Notes under the pieces: generated by a model | Told to the model about the DNA's origin: nothing | Databases searched by the model: none | The model's input: only the letters and a program-made list of their open reading frames with translations | Source: Pseudomonadota bacterium | Lineage (GTDB): Bacteria; Pseudomonadota; Alphaproteobacteria; Caulobacterales; Hyphomonadaceae | Assembly (NCBI GenBank): GCA_038534315.1 | Contig: JBCAWZ010000004.1 | Coordinates: 37,837-101,836 of the forward strand | DNA length: 64,000 nt | Direction of reading: 5' to 3' | Shown here: positions 59,201-64,000 of the stretch, piece after piece | Layout: every line of letters begins with the position of its first letter | How positions within the stretch are numbered: the first letter of the stretch is position 1 | Program-made: the position numbers and the translations under genes

Positions 59201-59468
59201 CGGCGCGAGACACGTCTGCAGACAGGATCTGCACCGGCGAGATCGATGAGAACTCATCGCGGCTAATCCGCGAGCCGGTGATCACAATTTTATCCTGGGT
59301 AAGCGACTCGTCTTCCGACGTTTCCGAAATCACTTCGACGTCGTCGATCGGGTCCTCATCAGGGGCGTCTTGAGCGTACGCTCCTCCGCAAAGGGCGAGT
59401 GCACTAACACCCGCAAAACAGATCGCGCGGCCAAAGCCCGAACGTCCTCGGTTCTGGGTATTCCCCAT
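56244..59468 (-). CDS. TonB-dependent outer membrane receptor (1074 aa)
   Basis: Signal peptide, IVITGSRI TonB box region, plug VNLRGLGAERTLLLLNNRR, DGASSIYGADAVAGVAN, C-terminal GRTVFVQVGKQF. Confidence 0.95.
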   Translation of the reverse strand: MGNTQNRGRSGFGRAICFAGVSALALCGGAYAQDAPDEDPIDDVEVISETSEDESLTQDKIVITGSRISRDEFSSISPVQILSADVSRAVGLVSAADILQNSTADSGIKIDATFNGFVLDNGPGGNTVNLRGLGAERTLLLLNNRRIAPAGVEGAPSVPDLNLIPSIMLDRVEVLLDGASSIYGADAVAGVANAILRDDIEGFELVTEFTAPTETGGAGKEATISAAWGMNNDRGFIGVGMEYFNRERISFADREFTADCERDFVINPDNGDVQLGGTDETGCDYLRTNRILDFGDSLNVSPFGSIYFTEGSTNIGIPNFSESQASIFGVPIPDAGIDTESDFYNVLNSDRADNADLISGQERISMVAYGEYDLDWNNSSVFFEALYSKRESSIDGGPGLLFPTIPAENPYNPCNEVACFASLAEVYDPFFGEGVADAINPVGWYPILSIRGDRDTVDVNVSQTRFVGGLKGDLTAFQNAGLDNWTYEVSAQYSESSGQSKRVGVLNDRLLLSLNTSVEVDGEIVCGIDTDGDGLPNNEQVGIFGDEDLLSVPCVPVNLFAPSVYQDGGGSFATQAETDYLFGTRNFNTQVDQTVLQGIIQGDLFELPWNGAAVPLVVGFEYRDESIFSDPDDVAADGLLYGSFADQGATGRRDLYEGFAETEITPIRGIPGAEELTFNLSARWTEESNFGALWTYSGKAKYRPVDWLAFNATTGTSYRAPGLREQFLAGSTGFNTVSDPCIVPTDARAPGANPTDPDVYDPTEDNRSAQTLENCTLAGVDPLSLGLAENLATTQSTEINSGGSTTLEAEESETFTYGFTMDQPWFDSFDLRLNVTYFDTEITDSVAEPSAAFIVRDCYVDNPGLASGFCSRVTRDAGGLINVVDSSVINIGRETAKGFDINMLFEKEFILNERPLDFSIDLRATKTDERLLDLSNLLAPTATAEEIANAIDDDKDEIGFPEWRVNTAIAAAYGDWTGRFFTRYISDQQEDRTDTFDPTAPDNPVDFTDDYFVHNASLSYSPGTWDFTVGIENLFGEEPPYVDPDGAFSVRNVPIGTGYDVFGRTVFVQVGKQF

Positions 59469-59738
59469 ATCTCTCTCTCCTATGAACTATCTCATAGCGC
59501 GAGAACTCGCTCCGACACGACTCTCACACAAATTTCAAAAGGCGCACGTGTCATACAACTGTCAAGAAATCCGACTGTTATAGAATGCTTAATGGGATAA
59601 GAAGCTGCGCAAGTGCGGCTTATTTGTCACGGAATCTTCCGCTCTAAGGATGCGAGCTGCAGGATAGGGCTCGAGTGTTTCCCATACTTGGGAGATTATG
59701 CCCCTTGCCAGATTGTAAGAAAGGCGTGTTATTCTGTT

Positions 59739-60353
59739 ATGGTCAGGATGAATTCGGGGAGAAAACCGGTGTTGCGAGTGTGTGGGGCGGTGATTGCGGC
59801 GAGCATTCTAGGTGGGGTGTCCTATGCGCAAACGGGTAGCGGCACACTTCAGACCTGTCTTGCAATTCCCGATGATGCCGAACGGCTCGCCTGCTTCGAC
59901 GCTTTGGCGAGCGCCGTGCCCGACCCGGAACGAGCGCCATCCGAAACCGCTGCGATCGCACCAAATCCACCACAAACAGAGCTGGTGCCGCCGGTGCCGC
60001 CCCCTGTTCCAAAACAGCAGGTAGAGACCGCCGTCACGTCGCCGCAAGAACCCCGCGCGCAAGACGTGGCCGTTCAAGCCCGACCGGCGCCACCACCTCG
60101 GCCGGCGCGCGAGGAAAGCCAGCGGGTGAGTTATGACGCGACAGTGGTCCAGACACAGCGCGACCCTTACGGGAAACTGTTGGTCAAACTGTCCAATGGT
60201 GAGATCTGGAAGCAAACCAGTCGAGGCCGGGCTTTCGAGCCAAAAATTGGGTCGGCTGCGGCGGTGCGCCAATCGTTCAGCGGCGCTTGGTTTGTCGATT
60301 TCGAGTCGACGCGGGATACAGTTCGTATGGTGACAACCAAATTCGCGGACTGA
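59739..60353 (+). CDS. Secreted hypothetical protein
   Basis: Signal peptide, C..IPDDAERLACFD helix pair, Pro-rich linker, C-terminal GKLLVKLSNGEIWKQT beta domain. Confidence 0.7.
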   Translation: MVRMNSGRKPVLRVCGAVIAASILGGVSYAQTGSGTLQTCLAIPDDAERLACFDALASAVPDPERAPSETAAIAPNPPQTELVPPVPPPVPKQQVETAVTSPQEPRAQDVAVQARPAPPPRPAREESQRVSYDATVVQTQRDPYGKLLVKLSNGEIWKQTSRGRAFEPKIGSAAAVRQSFSGAWFVDFESTRDTVRMVTTKFAD

Positions 60354-60479
60354 CAAGGCGGGCGTTGGCGACGTGCACGCGATCTTTAAGCGCTATCGAC
60401 GTTGCGCACACATTCCTTATAACCCTGTATGTGAACACGCGGCTGGGGGCCGCAACTGGCAAGTCCGGAGAAAAGTTGC

Positions 60480-61256
60480 ATGGCATATGAAACGTTGCTC
60501 ACCGAAGTCGATGGCGCGGTGGCACTGATCACATTGAACCGTCCGGACGCGCTCAACGCGTTCAACAATCAGTTGATGGATGAGCTTACCGTCGCGCTCG
60601 ACCGGTTTGACCAGGATACGGATATTGGCTGCGTTATTCTTACCGGCTCTGCCAAAGCCTTTGCCGCCGGGGCTGATATCAAAGAGATGCGAGACAAGTC
60701 CTATATGCAGGCATATTATGAGGACTTCATCACGCGTAATTGGGAGCGCGCGGCGCGCATGCGCAAACCGCTCATCGCGGCGGTCAATGGATATGCGCTG
60801 GGCGGTGGATGTGAACTTGCAATGATGTGCGACTTTATACTTGCCGGCGAAAAAGCAAAATTTGGTCAGCCCGAGATCACTATTGGAGTCTCGCCGGGCG
60901 CGGGCGGTACGCAGCGACTTACCCGCTTTGCTGGAAAAGCCAAAGCCATGGAAATGTGCCTGACTGGACGGATGATGGATGCGGCAGAGGCTGAACGGTG
61001 TGGACTTGTTTCGCGTGTCGTGCCGGTTGATGATCTCCTGGATGAGGCGCGTGCAGTGGGCAAAAAGATAGCCGCGATGCCGCGTGCAGCAGCAATGCTG
61101 ACAAAAGAGATGATCAATGCCGCTTACGAAACACCGCTGAGTCATGGGGTGATGTTCGAGCGGCGTCTATTCCATTCGCTGTTCGCGACCGAAGACCAGG
61201 CTGAGGGCATGGCGGCTTTCGTGGAAAAGCGACAGCCACACTTCAAAAATCAGTAG
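60480..61256 (+). CDS. Enoyl-CoA hydratase
   Basis: [32 protein letters not shown]. Confidence 0.95.
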   Translation: MAYETLLTEVDGAVALITLNRPDALNAFNNQLMDELTVALDRFDQDTDIGCVILTGSAKAFAAGADIKEMRDKSYMQAYYEDFITRNWERAARMRKPLIAAVNGYALGGGCELAMMCDFILAGEKAKFGQPEITIGVSPGAGGTQRLTRFAGKAKAMEMCLTGRMMDAAEAERCGLVSRVVPVDDLLDEARAVGKKIAAMPRAAAMLTKEMINAAYETPLSHGVMFERRLFHSLFATEDQAEGMAAFVEKRQPHFKNQ

Positions 61257-61360
61257 AGTTCAACAAACTGCATTGCGTCGGTTCTGAGCGGTTGACGCCA
61301 GCGAACCCGGGAGGTAATGACCCCGCTTCCCGCGAAGGCCACGGGCAAAAGGAGCAGTGC

Positions 61361-61624
61361 ATGGCTAATACTCGATCCGCTAAAAAGATGGTGCGCAAAA
61401 TTACGGCACGTACAGAAGTGAACAAGGCACGTCGTTCACGGATGCGTAGCTATGTGCGCAAGGTCGAAGAAGCGATCGAAGCTGGCGATAAAGCGGCCGC
61501 GTCTGAAGCGCTCCGCGAAGCTCAGCCAGAAATCATGCGCGCAGCAGGCAAGGGTGTGCTCCATAAGAACACATCGTCCCGAAAGATCTCACGGCTTTCC
61601 TCGCGCATTCGTAGCATGGCGTAA
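61361..61624 (+). CDS. rpsT: 30S ribosomal protein S20
   Basis: [13 protein letters not shown]...[10 protein letters not shown]...[16 protein letters not shown]; AGGAG RBS. Confidence 0.97.
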   Translation: MANTRSAKKMVRKITARTEVNKARRSRMRSYVRKVEEAIEAGDKAAASEALREAQPEIMRAAGKGVLHKNTSSRKISRLSSRIRSMA

Positions 61625-62036
61625 CGCGCACCAAATTCATCCTGACACGCACAATTCTCTCTATGTCTCATACGCTTGGGACGAAACGAGCATGCGCGGT
61701 ATTTTCCCATAAAGTGCGACATTTTTTTGTCGGTAATTCACAGCTATGCGGCCAGCTTGAGGTTGACAGAACAAAGCATGAATACCTAGTGTTGGTAGGG
61801 CTCTCAACGGTGAAAATGTAATTCGCTGAAAAAAAATTAGCCGACAGTTCAAGGACTTTAGGCGAGTCAACTGGCAAGCGACCGCAAATCGGATTTTTCT
61901 CCTATTGCCAGCCAAAACTCCGTCTGGTTAACTCCTTTCACCAACGGAATTGTCCTCTGTGTACCGCGTATTTTGGGCCCCAACTATTGTGAGCTGGGTG
62001 AGAGGGAGTGTGTGTGAATTCCTGAGGTTACCAAGA

Positions 62037-62045
62037 TGTTGATAA
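62037..62045 (-). promoter_or_regulatory. DnaA-box-like 9-mer upstream of dnaA
   Basis: TTATCAACA on the minus strand, one mismatch to TTATCCACA. Confidence 0.4.
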
Positions 62046-62076
62046 TTTAAAGAACAGAAACAGAAAGGGGCATCTA

Positions 62077-63543
62077 ATGGGGCTATTGAGCGGGGTAGAG
62101 AGAGAGGCAGGAGCAGAAAGCGACTTAGGCGGGGCGGACGTCCCAGACTCGCCCGGCGCACGAGAGCTGTGGGATCGGTCATTGGCCGCCGTCCGCAGTG
62201 AGGTCCCTGCTGAAGCATACGCCAACTGGTTGGCATCTGCGCGTTTTGTTGCGGAAGTGAACAAGTCGATCGTTATTGCGGCGCGTGATCCTTTAACACT
62301 TGATCGTATTGAAGCCGATTTTGCACGTCCCCTTCAGCGTGTTTGGCGACAGTTTGATCCAAAACAGCGACGTTTGCGTTTCAAACTGTGGTCTAGGATT
62401 TCGCCAGAAGTGCGCGACATGGTGGGCAATCCTTGGGCATTGCCGCAATCCAAAGAAGCGAGCCCGATGAATGCCGGTCGTGACGACAATACGCTGCGGC
62501 AGAGCATGAGTTTTGACACTTTGGTTGTGGGCGAGTCTAACGAGCGCGCTGTTGGCATTGCGAAACGCGTTGCATCTGGTGCGCCAGTGCCAGCCGGTAT
62601 CGTCGTGATGTACGGTCAACCCGGAACGGGTAAGACGCATTTGCTGAAATCGATCCAGGCACACGCCACCTCCCAAGGCGATCCCCGTCGCTTGGCGTAT
62701 TTGTCTGCGGAAGAATTTATGACGCGTTTTGTTGAAGGTGCGCGCATCGGGGACACGGCAGAACTGCAAGCCTTTGTGAAGAAGAATGAGCTTCTTCTCA
62801 TCGACGATCTGCACTGGATCGCTGGTAAGGTGAAGACAGACAAAGCCTTCTTTGGAGCGATCCGCGCGGTCACTGCGGAAGGCGGTCACGTGATCATTAC
62901 GGCCGATGCAGCGCCGGGTGACATGGTCGGTTTGTCGAAAGAACTGAGCAGTGAAATTCGCGGAGCTGCGGCAGTTGAGGTCGGCATTCCTGATCAAGCG
63001 ATGCGGAAGGAGATTGTCCGCCGTCACATGGACTTGATTGCCGAAAGCACACCAAACTTCCAGCTCACCGATGAGATGATCACCAGGATCGTCCAAGCTG
63101 TGCGCGGGCCGGGCCGGGAATTGTGCGGGGTCTTATGGAGCTTGCAGCTGGAAACTGGTTATGGCGAGCATGCGCCAACGCCGGAAATGCTGGAAGCGGT
63201 GATCCGTCGAATTGCAGGGGCGCCTCGGACGCCAAGCTTGGACGATATTAAGCGAGCCTGCATGCAGGCGTTCAACCTCGGTAAGTCAGAGATTGAAAGC
63301 GCCAGCAAAGTTCAGTCTATTTGTTATCCACGACAGATTGCCATGTATTTGTCGCGCGTTATGACGGACAAGTCTTACCCGCAGATCGCTATGGTCTATA
63401 AGAAAAAAGACCATACCACGGTCCTTCACGCCTATCGCAAAGTGAAATCAGCGATGGAAGAGGGTGACACCGATATGGCTAACGATGTCGAGCGGGCGCA
63501 GCAAGCGATTTATGACCGTCTCGCCGCACATGACATGAACTGA
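62077..63543 (+). CDS. dnaA: Chromosomal replication initiator DnaA (divergent)
   Basis: Walker A GQPGTGKT, Walker B LLIDD, sensor II GRELCG, domain IV PRQIAMYL...DHTTVLHA; position between rpsT and dnaN. Confidence 0.88.
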   Translation: MGLLSGVEREAGAESDLGGADVPDSPGARELWDRSLAAVRSEVPAEAYANWLASARFVAEVNKSIVIAARDPLTLDRIEADFARPLQRVWRQFDPKQRRLRFKLWSRISPEVRDMVGNPWALPQSKEASPMNAGRDDNTLRQSMSFDTLVVGESNERAVGIAKRVASGAPVPAGIVVMYGQPGTGKTHLLKSIQAHATSQGDPRRLAYLSAEEFMTRFVEGARIGDTAELQAFVKKNELLLIDDLHWIAGKVKTDKAFFGAIRAVTAEGGHVIITADAAPGDMVGLSKELSSEIRGAAAVEVGIPDQAMRKEIVRRHMDLIAESTPNFQLTDEMITRIVQAVRGPGRELCGVLWSLQLETGYGEHAPTPEMLEAVIRRIAGAPRTPSLDDIKRACMQAFNLGKSEIESASKVQSICYPRQIAMYLSRVMTDKSYPQIAMVYKKKDHTTVLHAYRKVKSAMEEGDTDMANDVERAQQAIYDRLAAHDMN

Positions 63544-63602
63544 CACGAAATACACAGGCAGGTCCTGTAAAGGCTTGCAATTCGTAGCGAATTCGTGACG
63601 CT

Positions 63603-63635
63603 ATCAGCCCGTTCCAAAGCTTGGAGCGGGCTGAT
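63603..63635. terminator. Strong hairpin between dnaA and dnaN
   Basis: ATCAGCCCGTTCCAA-agc-TTGGAGCGGGCTGAT, 15-bp stem with one G-U pair; weak U-tract. Confidence 0.55.
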
Positions 63636-63689
63636 TCATTATGTGCTGTGTGAGCGGCGCTGGGCCCGTGTGTAAGACGAGATAAAACG

Positions 63690-64000
63690 ATGAAATTCAC
63701 AATCGAACGTGGCGCTTTGCAGAATGCCCTTTCTCACGTGCAGAGCGTGGTTGAGCGCCGCAATACGATACCGATCTTGTCGAACATCCTGATCGAAGCC
63801 GCCAACGGCTCGGTTCGATTGACCGCAACAGATCTGGATATTGAAGCCGTCGATCATGCCGATGCAAAAATAGACGCGGAGGGCGCCGTGACGGCGCCTG
63901 CATCGACTCTTTTTGATGTTGTTCGGAAGTTGCCTGCCGGTGCCGATGTTGAGCTTGCGCTCAATCCTGAGAACCGACAAATCACCTTGACATCGGGGCG
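63690..64000 (+). CDS. dnaN: DNA polymerase III beta clamp (5' part, truncated by window)
   Basis: MKFTIERGAL...VQSVVERRNTIPILSNILI...LTATDLDIE...LFDVVRKLP. Confidence 0.96.
   Translation, partial: MKFTIERGALQNALSHVQSVVERRNTIPILSNILIEAANGSVRLTATDLDIEAVDHADAKIDAEGAVTAPASTLFDVVRKLPAGADVELALNPENRQITLTSG

Noticed and set aside
54163-59468. Lasso-peptide cluster (isopeptidase + TonB receptor)
   Set aside because: No precursor, B/C maturation genes or FecI/FecR nearby.
61625-62076. Replication origin
   Set aside because: No perfect DnaA boxes, CtrA boxes or clear unwinding repeats; cannot be supported from this window.
1-64000. tRNA, rRNA, riboswitch, transposase or prophage genes
   Set aside because: No recognisable signatures found by eye; a covariance-model scan was not possible.

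Overview
Core-chromosome segment of a GC-rich alphaproteobacterium. Gene order, podJ, shkA, CtrA/LexA/LiuR-type boxes and the TonB receptor style suggest Caulobacterales, probably Hyphomonadaceae (inference). The window runs from a truncated rpoD-dnaG through carA, a LiuR-type beta-oxidation cluster, podJ and an ATP-dependent DNA ligase. It then crosses a ~6.7 kb patchwork of small accessory genes (~26.0-32.7 kb). After that come lpoA-like/rsmI-yraN-BON-gshB, comM-shkA-ampG, maeB, mutS, a TonB receptor + S9 peptidase pair and rpsT-dnaA-dnaN (dnaN truncated). No rRNA, tRNA, CRISPR array, integrase or transposase was recognised. Most notable observations: (1) The DnaA at the canonical rpsT-dnaA-dnaN locus has both Box VII arginines aligned to glutamate and a lost QEE motif, but keeps the DNA-recognition helix. 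(2) A perfect 38-bp direct repeat brackets a single lipoprotein gene together with a decayed copy of the neighbouring gene's 3' end. (3) A ToxR/CadC-like membrane regulator lies divergent from a UrcA-like gene with four 11-bp-phased repeats between them. (4) There is a lipoprotein with a phospholipase A2 motif. (5) The ShkA orthologue lacks the DDR motif. (6) A low-GC membrane protein + XRE module carries paired operators. All alignments were done by eye from recalled reference sequences; no searches were run.
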